This document shows, one piece after another, positions 49,011-61,400 of a stretch of DNA of 64,000 nt. Position numbers and translations under genes: made by a program. Position 1 is the first letter of the stretch, and each line of letters starts with the position of its first letter. Origin of the DNA: Podarcis pityusensis (Eukaryota); assembly GCA_964106645.2 (NCBI GenBank), contig OZ067040.1; one strand, 5' to 3'. The notes below the pieces were generated by a model. It did no database searches. It was not told where the DNA came from and saw only the letters and a list, made by a program, of their open reading frames with translations.

Positions 49011-49199
49011 ATGCAGCTGTTTTGCCGTTTACTCCTCTTGTTTTATCTTTGCAGAGCTCAAACCCCCACATGCCCACGGAAATGCCACTGTGACTTGGCA
49101 GGGAGAGTGCAGTGCTATAGAGTTGGAGAAGTGCCTAAAGAGATTGCTAAAACTACCAGGGGAATTTACATCAGCCATGGCAAGATCAAACACCTCCAG
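49011..49199 (+). CDS. NEPN: NEPN coding exon 1 (signal peptide and LRRNT)
   Basis: MQLFCRLLLLFYLCRAQTPTCPRKCHC...IKHLQ; CAG|gtagga donor. Confidence 0.88.
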
Positions 49200-49410
49200 G
49201 TAGGATGGTTTATTCATCAGCTAACCTACATTTTCAAATTAGAGTGGCAAGGTGCAAAAGAGGACAGACTTATTACATATGCAATCTTTGTATAGGATGC
49301 AGAATTTGGTACTGGAGGTTTTATTGGGAGGGTGGGGTTACAATTGCCTCTACAGATATTTCCTTTCCTATACTGCTGTTACAATATCAGGAGCCCTCTT
49401 CTCCTATGTG

Positions 49411-49449
<39 letters not shown>

Positions 49450-52400
49450 AATAATAATAATAATAATAATAATAATCTTGTTCCATGTTTTAAACTGAAC
49501 CTTGTAGCCCAGGGCTATGAACTCAGATCTAAGCCTATTATTAATAATCATATTAATATTATTATTATTACCTTAGTTCTGAGTGCACAGCCTTGGGCTA
49601 CAAGGTTCAGTTTAAAACAAGCTCCCTTTTATTTTGTCTAAATAAAAACCATCATCCAGTGTTCCCTTCTGAATTTTAGAGAACACTTCCCCCTGCTTGG
49701 TGTCAGGTGTGGGGAACCACTGGCCCCTCCAAATGTTGCTGAACTGTGACTCCCAGCAAGGGCAAGGGATGATGGGAGTTGTAGTTCAGCAACATTAGGA
49801 GGGCAAAAGGTTCCCCACATCTGTTCTATATTAAAACACACGGCATATTTTTATACTGTACTTCATAAAAATTCCAGTTTGACTTAACAACAGTTAAACA
49901 CAATTTAATACAATAATAATTAAAACAAGGTAAATAAAAGCACATAAATAAGCAGACTAAAAGACAAACAATAGCCAGACTATCCATCAGAGCTTGTTAT
50001 CAGTAAGCCACAAATGCTTGGGCAAATCAGGTGACCAAAACATAACGCATATGACTTGTAGCAGGTACCGTAAGTTCTAGCAGCAGAATAGTATTGTCAT
50101 ATATTAAATATCATCCATAATATTCAAATATTTATGACGTTATACAGCTGTTTTCCATTACCATTGGGAGAAATAAATTTATTTCATTTGAACATGTACA
50201 AAAAATAACCTTTCCTCTGTACAAGTTCAATGCATGGTATTGGTAGTTCTGCAACAGTGTTGCCAAATGGCACAGCCTATTCCTGTCCCTTTAACAGTTT
50301 TAATAAGCAAATAAGCAGAAAAAGCGGCATATTCTAGGATCAAATAAGAAAACAGGACAACTTATTTAAATCAGAGACATCCCTGGAAAATAGGGGCACT
50401 AGGAGGGTCTGTATACACACAGAGTATTAGCCACAATTGTGGGTGATTACATAGCAGCAAATCTTGGGTTTGCCACCCAATGCGCCCTTGATTGAAAACC
50501 ATAACTGACCCTGTCTGACAAATGTTGCTCTAATATGTGTGGACAGATCTGTTTATTACAGCCAAAATTTACTTTTACCTCTTGTACATTAGACAGACCA
50601 ATAAATGTTCTTACACAAATAGGTTTGTTTGCTCATTAGTACAAAGTGTAACCACAATTTCATGGGCAAGAAAAATAGTATTTGCATGTCATGACCAGAA
50701 AAGAAAAATTGAGGTTCTTATCAGGGTAATTGACTATTTTGTCAACTACTGACCGGATAGTCAGTTGTAACACAAACCTGTAGAGCACCTTTGCACAAAG
50801 GGCTGTTTTGTTCTTTCTTCTTAAAACTTCTAAAAGAAGTGCCAAAATTTATGTCATGAGATGATGCTAGCATTTTCTTGTGTGCTCTACAAAAATAGAA
50901 ACCATCTCTGAACTGATGTATGAAGATATTTCAAATAAAGCACACAGTCAAGCCAAACTAAGTAATTTAAAAATCCATGGTTCTACAACTCACAACACTT
51001 CAATTCTAGAATCAGAATAGTGTTGCCATATATTGGATATCGTCCTTTATATTATTAAAAAAATTCTTTTCAGTTCATTAATTTTTTACTGCTGAATCAT
51101 GAAAAGATATATTTCTAAATTCAACAGAAATATTGTTTTATAACTAACAAATGCTTTGTTTAATTTGAAATACTAATATTTCTAAAGGCACATTCTAATT
51201 AAGACATGTATCCCAGAAGGAAACTCAGCAATTCTAATTTTCATAATATTCTAATCTTTACAATGCTAGCCTATGCGCTGTAAATATTAGAGCTCAGTGG
51301 GGTTTACTCCCAGGTAAATCTGAATAGTATAGTGTTTGTTCCATGCCAAGCCTCTAGAGGGCTGCAACTTGCCATGAAACATGGACAAAATCTAGTTTGG
51401 CTAAAATTAAATCATGCTCACGTACCATATAATATTGATCTTGCATAACTCCTGTTTATTTGAATGATGATTTGTGGCCATTCCATGAAACTAAATCCAT
51501 CTCTGAATTAGCTTGGCCAGAAATAATTTTGTTGTGGCTTTTGTCCTTTAGATCACTGACATCAGCAGCATGTCTGCCCTTGAAGAATTTGTCCTGACCT
51601 GGAGTGGGACAGAATCAGTGGAGAATAACACTTTCAAAGCTCTGGATGCATTGAGGACTTTGGAACTTCGGAAAAATAAACTAAGGCACATACCTACCTT
51701 GCTTCCAGGAAGCCTTGAAGTACTGAAGCTGGGGGACAATTTAATAAGTGTTGTACATGAATCTAATTTTGAAGGTTTACAAAAATTAAGGGTACTTGAA
51801 ATACAAAGCAATGTGATTTTGGCTCTTTCTTTTAGTACTCTCTCCTCCCTCAGCAGCTTACAAAGTTTGACTTTGGATGGAAATAATATGGAATATGTGT
51901 CTGGAACCTTCTGCCTACCCAACCTAAAGTATCTTAGCATGGAAAACAATAAGCTGCAATCTTTCTCAGGAGGATTTTTTATATCTCTTTGCAATTTGCT
52001 ATTTCTCAACTTAAATGGCAATTTACTGACAAGCACCCCTTCAGATCTGCCTGCATCTTTATTGACATTGAAGTTAGAGAGAAACCAGCTCAAAATGCTA
52101 AAATTTGGAGATATGAGGCAAATGGCAAACTTGTCAGAGCTTTTCCTGTCTGAAAATCAGCTTTCATCACTTGAGGGCGTAGAGTTTCTTTCCAGTTTAA
52201 CTAGACTGGAGCTGTCTGGGAATAAGCTCCAGATAATCCCATCTGGATTACCAGTCACGCTACAGAAATTTGATTGCAGCAATAACCTGATTGAGAGAAT
52301 AAAGGCGCAAGATTTCAGGGAACTACATAGCCTAAAGCACTTGTTCCTTGACAACAACGTTGTTGCCACATTTGAAGATGGGGCACTTCAGAACTGCACG

Positions 52401-53563
52401 CAACTGTCTAATCTGGCACTTGAACAAAATCTACTTAGTTCTATTCCATTAAGGTATGTGACTGGATGGGGCTCCCCTTTTCATACCTGCAACAACTGTA
52501 AGAAAACTAGGTGTGCCACTGCAAAATACTTAAATGACTGGGATAAATTAAAGCCAGTGTGGCATAATGATAGAGTCAGCTGAGAACTGTGGAAACACCA
52601 GTTCAAATCCCCACTCGGCCATGAAATTCACTGGAGAACTCTAGGCAACTCACTGTTTCTCAGCTTAACCTACCTCACAGGCCTGTTGCCAGGATAAAAT
52701 GGGGAGGCGTGACTGTGCATGCTGCCTTGAACTGAATGGCGAAATGGTGGGATATCAAACAAATAATGAATAGAGATTGATATTGCTTCAGAACAGATCA
52801 ATGTGCAAACAGCATACATGCCACTTATTTCAGTGCAGTGGCCAGATTTTTGAGTCTAGAATCTGATTTCTAAACACAGGCGCCAGGACTCATGCCTCCC
52901 AGGAAACCAATTTAGTCTAAACCACTGTATTCCAAAGATGAGTCCTTGCTCAAATTACTCCCTAGTCTGGTTTATGTGCAAGAAATTGGTTTCAAATCAC
53001 TTTTCTACTATAATGCTAACTGGGTGGCCTTCAGGCAAGGCATTATTTCTCAGCCTAATGACAGGCTTCTTGTTTTAAGGTACTACATAAAACAATGTTT
53101 CTTTCTTTACTTCAGACTCCCACATACACTAGCCAGACTGGATCTGAAAGGAAACAGCATACAAAGAATTAAGGAGCAGGAACTGAAGAATTTAAGGCAC
53201 CTGCAGGTCTTAAACCTACGGAACAACAATATATCCACCATAGATCACAGTCTCTGGAAATATTTACCTCGACTCAGATACCTATATCTGGACAGCAACC
53301 CATGGAATTGCACTTGCGAATTCCTCAAAACCAGAAGGGTGCTCACAGCCAAAGGCATAGATGTTAAAGGAGGAAAATGTAAAGCACCATCAGAAAGCCA
53401 GGGTGAAAGCTGGATGTCTTCAAGAAAGGTTCTGCATTTGTGTGCACACAACAATCTGTATTCATTAGAAGAAGGAGACGAAATAGGAAAGAACACAAGC
53501 GTTGATAATCCCTCCAGTCTCAGAGTAAACATGGATGATTATTATGATTATGAAATATATTAA
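49011..53563 (+). CDS. NEPN: Nephrocan (SLRP-family secreted LRR protein), intact, 512 aa. Exons 49011-49199, 51552-52453, 53116-53563
   Basis: Signal-peptide-like N-terminus, Cys cluster CX3CXCX7C (CPRKCHCDLAGRVQC), tandem LxxLxLxxNxL repeats, LRRCT-like NPWNCTC...C, acidic tail. 189+902+448=1539 nt with no stops. Its position between GOPC and NUS1 matches the Nepn/NEPNP locus. Confidence 0.92.
49412..49476. repeat. Compound microsatellite (CTG)12 CTA (ATA)8
   Basis: Read directly. Confidence 0.95.
49704..49823. mobile_element. hAT-type MITE
   Basis: CAGGTGTGGGGAACC...GGTTCCCCACATCTG TIRs; ctccc/gggagttgtagt core. Confidence 0.7.
51552..52453 (+). CDS. NEPN: NEPN coding exon 2 (LRR array)
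   Basis: cctttag| acceptor, ORF 51570-52583 LRR repeats, AG|gtatgt donor. Confidence 0.93.
52552..52765 (+). mobile_element. tRNA-derived SINE, decayed, in NEPN intron 2
   Basis: agccagtgtggcataatg...gttcaaatcccc (B-box)...ctcagcttaacctacctcacagg. Confidence 0.6.
53116..53563 (+). CDS. NEPN: NEPN coding exon 3 (last LRRs, LRRCT, acidic tail)
   Basis: ttcag| acceptor; LPHTLARLDLKGN...NPWNCTC...DDYYDYEIY*. Confidence 0.93.
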
Positions 53564-54379
53564 ATAGAAGTCCCCAATAAATTGCGAACTCGAGATTAAT
53601 TCGGTCCTCCAGAGCAATCTATCCCTGACATTTTTTCATTTTGACCTACAAAATTGTATCTAGTCAGCAGCTTCTAAACCTATTGAAATCATTAGCTCTA
53701 CCCAGGATTGACCTGGTAAGGCTGGGCTGTTGCATTCTTCCTGTTTCCAAATGTTTGGAATGGGAATGAGACAAATCTAGTGCTGTATTAATGTTGTTTA
53801 GACAACACTTCTCAGTGGGGCCCTAATGATGGTATTGGGATGGCTATACACAAACCTGGTTTCAGTACTGTTTGCACATGCAAAAAGTTTGGGGTGAACC
53901 AATCTGTTTCGTTTCTGATCAGTGCTTGTACCATAGCTTCCTGCTAAAATCCTGTAACTTTTCATACAGCAAATGTCCAGTGTGTGTGTTCTGCTTTTGT
54001 TGTGTTGTAATTCAGGTGCCACTTCATACAACACTAATGTTGGCTATCTATAACAATTAATTGTATAAACAAGATATTCGTATTTGAGAGTGTGGGTAGG
54101 CAGGGTGGTAGTGTTTTGAAATCACAAAGTACTTTGTTAGAATCCATTTCGCTGTGCATTTAATGAGGTGTCATGGGAAAAACAAGAATACGAATAAATG
54201 AAAATTAGTGCACCAATAAAATTGACTAAACGTATGGTCGTTCCTCTAGTGCATCTTCGTTTGTTCGGTCACAGGAAAAGTATATATTCACGGATTATGA
54301 AACTGTTGCGTACGGTGGCCTCTTATTCAGAGTCAGTGACCGAAAATGAGCAAACTAAAGGAGTGAAAAAGGCAAAGTC

Positions 54380-55480
54380 AAGCAGCACTCTCCGACCCAA
54401 GCAGCGCGACTATCAGCAGCCGGCGCACACTCCCGCCGCTAGATGTCGCTGTGCATGAGGAAAACACGTGCTGAATCCGAGGGCCGCCGCCGTAGGTGGC
54501 GGAGAACTCGCCTTCCCGTTCATCTTGGAATTCAGCTCGGAGACACCGCCCTTTCCTTTAGGGGGCCACGTCATTCGCTCCACCAACCCGGAAATGGCCC
54601 TCGGCGGCCTCGCCTCGGCCAATGGGCGGCTCGTGCGTAGGCAAGAGGGAAAAGGTCAGGGCAGGTATGGAGATGGCGGCGCTAACGGAGGTTGCCGGGC
54701 AGATAAAACCGTGTCCGTGAGGGAAAGGAAGGCGAGATGGTTTGCGCCTCGCACTGCGGCTGAGCCTCCCTCGCGACAGCAGCAGCCGCCGCCGCCTCTT
54801 CCGCCGCCGCTGCCTCTCCTTTTCCCGCGTCCGGTTCCCTCGCGCCGTCCTCCGCCCAGACCAATGAGCGTCGCGCACGAGCTGCTGTGGCGCCTGCTGC
54901 ACCTCCTCCTCCACGTCCAGCGCGCGCTCTTCGCCTGGTTCCGAGGCTGGTTCGGAGGTCGCGGCTCGTGGCTCAGCCGTTGGCGGCGGCGCGCGGCTTC
55001 GGCCGCGGCCGCCGTCGCCTCGCGGGCTCTCCTGGCCCCGGCGGCGGTGGGCACGGGGGCTTTCGCCTACCACAGGCCGGCGGCGGCAGGGCGGAAGGTG
55101 GTCGGAGGAGGAGGCGGCGGCGGCCGGTGGCGCAAGGACGGGAAGTCTCTGCAGAAGCTGCCGGGCCACGTCGGGCTGGTGGTGGTCGAGGAGGAGCAGA
55201 GCTACGCGGACATGGCCAGCCTGGTGGTGTGGTGCATGGCGGTGGGCATCTCCTATGTCACCGTCTACGACCAAGAAGGTGAGTTGCCCTCGGAGCCGCC
55301 CTTCGGCCACCCGCCTTGTCCGCTTGTCCTTTCCCTAAACCCCTTTCGATTTTCTTCTCCCATCCCATGCGGAGGACGTGACCTTGCCCTTGCTCGGTTC
55401 AGAAACGTTTGCTCTAAGTTAACAGTTTACTATAAATAAAGGCAACCCGCGCATACCGGGAGGCAACTTCCACGGAAGTC
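54380..55480. promoter_or_regulatory. CpG island / NUS1 promoter with UPRE/CRE-like GCCACGTCAT (54565-54574), ETS CCGGAA (54588), CCAAT (54619) and YY1-like AGATGGCGGC (54671)
   Basis: High CpG density; motifs read directly upstream of the NUS1 ATG. Confidence 0.82.
54864..55278 (+). CDS. NUS1: NUS1 coding exon 1
   Basis: 415 nt; G|gtgagt donor. Confidence 0.93.
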
Positions 55481-58400
55481 GCATGTGCCTCCTCTGAGAA
55501 CACAAGTGTAGGGTGTGTTGGTGGCATCTGAAAGGGGTGACAGATGGGCAATGGGGTGGGGGTTAAGGATACAAAGACCTCTGTTGAACGGGGCTTATTG
55601 CCAGGTAACTGCACACAATTGCACCTTTGTTGCTGCAAAGGATTTGAGGAATGCCCCTTGCTTCGTCAGATGTGCTGCCATAACAGTTAAAGTGCCACAA
55701 ACAAGGCAGCTCAGAGTAGACCCGCTGAAATGAATGAAGGTGAGTTTGTCTTGATAAATTTTCAGTCCAAGGATTTCAATGACTCTGTGTATTAGTCAAA
55801 TGCAACACCCTGTTTCTGGTTGCCAGGACATTGTCTCTCCCCTTCATTGCAATCCTGTGCACATTTACTCTTGTGTTCAGTATGCTTGGGAGTAAACCTC
55901 TTATAAACACAGTGGCATGTTGTTTTGAATATACATGCATAGGCTTGGGCTGTTGATCCCTTACCTGGACTGCATCTCTGCCTGAGGTTGAACAATCCCT
56001 TGCTCCTCTTCTATAGGTCCAAATTTGGAGCTGTGGAAGAGGTAGGTGATTCCCAGGAATTGTGTTAGGCATCAGATGACCTCAGAAGCCCAGTGTAATT
56101 GCTGGAATCGTACCACCACTGTTTCTAATTCTAGGTTTGGGGCTGGGAAAGGGAGAGCAAGGGCTAGGTAGCTGCATCAACACCCTTGCTACCCAAACAA
56201 GTCCCAGACTTTCTCTGTAGAGCAAAAGGCTGGGGCTTATTTATGCAGTGGGTGGAAGTGTAGCTCAAAGTGCCACCACTTTTCAAGGCTGGGACTTGAC
56301 TGGATGGAGGAGATACACGGAGTGCCACAGCTGTCAACCACCTGTCTCCAGCCTTTTCCAGATGCAGCTGGAGGGAAAGGCTGAGGCTCATTTTGCAGTG
56401 GTGAATAGACACTTCTTGGAACACTCACTGTGCAAACAGCCAGCTCCGAATGTGGAGCTGGAGAGGTGGGTGACAATCTTCCCCATATCCCAACACAAGA
56501 GAGGGATGTCTTTGCTCCTCTCAACTTAACCAGGAAGGAAGCAGGTGGGCTTCTGCTTCTCACTCTTGCCAGAGAGCAATGTATCACTTGCCATGGCAAG
56601 GGGGCAGAATTGTTAAAGGATGATCAATGTACATGAAAGTTTTTTAACATTAAACAATAAAATTCAAACTAATTCATAAGAAAATACAAAACACAACTGT
56701 ACAGAGAAAAAAGAATAGAGAAAGAATAACTAAAAGACCCTTTATCACATTTATATTGTGCATATCTTATCATTTATCCACACATAGAAAGGCAGACTCC
56801 CGCAGCGGTTCTCAACCTGTGGGTCCCCAGATGTTGTTGGACTACAACTCCCATCATCCCTGAGCTCTGGCCTTGCTAGCTAGGGGTGATGGGAGTTGTA
56901 GTTCAACATCTGGGGACCCACAGGTTGAGAAAGTCTGCCCCAAGATCTCACCTGGGTACATGTATCAAAGTCATTTAATTGAAAACCAGTGCTGCTTTCT
57001 TACCCCTCCCTATTTCCTGTCTAACAAAATGATAGAAGGTATTCCTCTCTATCTGAACCCCATCTCTGACCAATAAGGAACAGTACAAATCAGTTCTATT
57101 TTCTGACCAGATCCTATCATGCAAACTGTGTTTGTGATGTAGTTAGGTTGCAGGGAAATGGGAAATAGTGGTGGTAGTTTAAGGTTTCAACCAAGAGCAT
57201 TAGTCTGTAGCCTCAAAAGAGAGAAATATTTGATGCTGTATTATATTTAGAAGACATTTTTTCTGCCTTGAAGAATCAAGCCCGAAGCAGCAGCAAATGA
57301 TGCAACTATGTGTAGGTTTAATTTAATTTGTTAATAAGTACAAGCATGTTATTTAAATTTCATATGACTACTTAGTCTCAGATTCACATGCTGATGGTTG
57401 TCATACTTTGAAGTGAATCACTTAAGCTTTTTTTCCATCTTGCATACATTAAAAGCAACAACATAAGCACAATTGATTTTATGATACTACACAGGGGCAT
57501 ATGTATTCAGATATTTAGCTGCATTCAAAAAGTTACTTTTTTAAAAAAATCAAGCTTTCAACAAACTGTAGTTGAAACTGGTTTTGGAAACAGACCAATT
57601 AAGAATAAAAAGTCACAATTCAATTCCATACATCCGTATTCTGTTTATAGCTAATATTTCATATGACAAACAATACTATGCAGCAGACACGTTTTCTCTT
57701 TTTGGAATATTTGGAATAGGAATTCTATCTAGTACCCATGGGGTAGGAAATCTTTTAGAGGTCAAGTTCTGAAACTGTCAGCATTTGGGCCTCTTTTGTA
57801 AGCTTAGAAGATAGTTTTTGGCTGCTGCTGCTGCAATGGTGGTGATGGGTTATAATAATCTCCCCCAATCTCATACTCATCAAATGTTTGGGACCCATGG
57901 ACAATGGTTAGGGACGTTGGGTGTTATAATCTAAAACATCAGGAGGGAATCCAGCTGGAGAAGGCTGGGACATAGCATTGATTCATGGACATCTGTTGCT
58001 AGAATTCTAAAGTCATCTTTAGTCATAGTACGCTTGAAAAAGCAAACAACTCTTGTGTTACATTGAACCTTTATTTTGAGAGTAACTATATAAAATGTGT
58101 AATCATGTTAACAGGCTATAGGGTAGGAGAGATTGGAACGGTTCACTTTGTCAGCAGACATTACCTCCAACGGCATTGGAGAGGCCTTGTTTCATTCTTG
58201 TGAAAGCTAAAAGCAGACTGCTTGGTGCAAGGGAACCAAAAGATCCTCTTTCACATAAATGGTGCTTCCACTGAGGCTGTGCTTCTGCCACTGCATCCAA
58301 ATGCATTTGTCAAGTGCTTACTTCAATAATGTTCTTTTTTACAAAGCACTGGGGAGAGGTGTTTTGATTTTTCTAATAAATCAGAAGTGAACTCTGTGTT

Positions 58401-61400
58401 TAAGATCTAAACTACAGAAAACTAAATAAATAGATTGAACAAATGTGGTATGAGCCAATCCCTCATTAGCTCCTACATTCCCAAGGAGTCATCTTACAGG
58501 TTAGCTAGTTATCCCAAGTAGTTGTTTCTAGGTCCTTTCTTCTTCAGTGCCTTAGATACACGAGCATGGAGTGTTCGATACAACTATTAAAGGCATGTGA
58601 AGAGGCAAGATACAGCAACTATTAAAAAACAATTTAAAATGAGTACAGTTTTTTGGACGTGATGTAGTTGTTCCACTACATCCACAGGATCTCTTTCCCA
58701 GCTCCCCAGGCTGAAACAGCTACCATATCTCAAACGGAAGGAAGAATGGAGCATTACTGAGAAGAAATATGTATCAATGTATTTTCTAAATTATTTATGT
58801 CATTTGAAACTATACTTCTAATCTTATTTTCACTCAATTTGACAATATCTGTGTGAATGAAGTACATAAACTTTTTGTTTTTTGAGAATGTTTTAATAGG
58901 AACAGCCTACAGGGTGAAGGTGATGGCAAATAGCAACTTGATACATACTTGCATTCTAACAATTTGTTGTTGTTGTTGTTACTAATTACCTTTTCTGCAA
59001 CCTGAGGTCCGAGGAGAGTTACAATATTAAAACACAATATTTAAAACAAAACAAAACACAATACTGTATTAAATCATTTCAAAACAGCCTACAGTCACAG
59101 AAACAAGGTGGATCCTAAAAATGTATATGTCAAGTGTCAAAAGCCAGAATTAAGAAAGCTGCATCTTCAGAATTTGTTGGAAGTTGTTTGGTAAAGGTGC
59201 CAGATGCAACCTGGGGACTGTCACTAAGAATGCCGTCTCCCAGTCCACCACCCCTCAAGCTTCTAAGGCTGGAGGAACTATTAAAAGTGCCCCCTCTGCT
59301 GATCTTAGCAGTCAAAAGGATCTGTAGGAAATGAGACAGTTTTCAGATATCAAGGCCCTGCATGTTTAGAACTTTAAACACTAATGTAAGTACCTTGATT
59401 GGGCTGGAAAGGAACTGTTAACCAGTGCAGCTGTTTCAGAACTGGGGCTATAGGAGATCTAAATGAAACCCCAGCCAGTAATGTGGATGCTGCATTTTGG
59501 ATCAACTGAAGTTTCCAAGTAATCTTTTAAGGGCAGCTGCATGTAGAGCACATTGCAGTAATCTATTCTGGAAGTTACCAGGACATAGAGTGCAGTGGCT
59601 GAGTCATCTCTGTCCAAAAGGGGATGTAGCTAGTGAACTAGCCATAGCTGAAAAAAGGCATTCCTAGCCACCGAGGCCATCTGAGCCTCTGGGGCAGTGC
59701 TGAATCAAGGAACACCCTTAGGCTGCAGATATGCTACATCCCAGGGGGTGCAACCTTATCCAGGGCAGGCTGCCGCCTTATCTTCTGGATATGGGAACTT
59801 GGAACACATAACACCCTCAGTTTTCAGGATTCAGCTTCAGTTATGCATGCTGGTTAGGAAAATCCAGACCTGTGGACAGGTGCTCTAGATATGTCCAGTT
59901 TTAAATTTTTGTATGTCTCTAAACACATGTCTTCTTAGGTGGAATTAAATTCCATAAAGAGAGACTGACTAGTACACATAGGGATTCCTCAATTTCAAAT
60001 GTCTTTTATGTATAAATTAGAAGCTTGACTATCAAGAGCAAGGTGGAAACAGAACTTCAGACAGATCCAGAAGCTATACAGTGGTACCTCTGGTTAAGAA
60101 CTTAATTCGTTCTGGAGGTCCATTTTTAACCTGAAACTGTTCTTAACCTGAGGTACCACTTTAGCTAATGGGGCCTCCTGCGCCGCCGCTGTGCGATTTC
60201 TGTTCTCATCCTGAAGCAAAGTTCTTAACCCAAGGTACAATTTCTGGGTTAGTGGAGTCTGTAACCTGAAGCATCTGTAACCCAAGGTACCACTGTACTA
60301 GCAGAAATGAGAAGCCTTATAAAATAGCTTATGTGTTGAAAAAAATAATGTTCCTATTTAATTATAGGATGGTAAATGCATAATAATACTATTGTGATTT
60401 TTTTCTTAAATATTCATGAACTAATCAACTTTTAAAACTGATTATTATAAAGACTGCTTACTTTTTAAAAAGATGCAATTAACTTTCGTAAGAAATACAC
60501 ATTAAAATGAAACATAATTGTATGTAACAGAACTACAGTTGTATTAAATACATTAATCTAAGCCTCAACATGTCACAATTCTAAATTTTTTATACAACTC
60601 AGATTTTAAAGACGCCAATACTGAGATAGGCTTTAATGGATGACTAATAACAATTTAGCGAATGTTATCTTCTGTGAAAGTAACTTTGACCTATTTGTAT
60701 GGGCTGAACAAAAGTTCTGTAGGCTTTAATGGATAGCACTCCCACACAGCAAGGCTTCTACAAGATGATTTATAATTGAAAACCTGTTGGACACTTCTCT
60801 GCCTAATGCAGAAAAGGCAATTAGTTTATTCTGCTGAAAGCATAAAAACTCTTTATTTCCAGGCAAATACCTGGTACAAAAATATATAAACCATTTTCAT
60901 ATTAACTTTATATCTTAGGCCCCTAGAGATCAAAGGAACATTTCTGTAATGCTAGCCCTAAGAAGGGGTAGGAATTGTTTCAAGAAAATAATTTGAGTAC
61001 TAAAAGTTTTAAAGAAACTTAAAACTAAAAAAATTGCTGGAACCAATATAAAGGAAGAAACATAAATTATATGCTTGCTAAACTTTTTTTTTTTTTGAGA
61101 GAGAGGGGGGGGGCTAATAACGTTCACAAACAACTGCACATAAAGAAAATTTGGTGCCTCCAGTTTTCAGAAAGCTAAGAAGTATTAACTCTAATAGTAA
61201 TGAATAGCGCTGTATCATGAAGTTTTTAATATCTGATGTTTCATTGTGCTTTTTATATTCTGTTGGAAACTGCCCAGAGTGGCTGTGGCAACCCAGTTAC
61301 GTAGATGGGTAGGGTACAAGTAAATAACAATAACAATAATAACAGCAGCTCGTGAGGCACTCAAACCAGAAAAGCTGCACCTGGCCTTGTCTTTAGCCTA

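Noticed and set aside
49205-49641. ORFs with poly-Leu/Ile or poly-Ala/Asn
   Set aside because: Translation of an intronic microsatellite
51548-52093. 181-aa minus-strand ORF
   Set aside because: Antisense shadow of the NEPN LRR exon
54558-55310. 250-aa antisense ORF and other long overlapping ORFs across NUS1 exon 1
   Set aside because: Expected by-product of stop-poor, GC-rich CpG-island sequence; low-complexity Arg/Ala/Pro content and no recognisable domain
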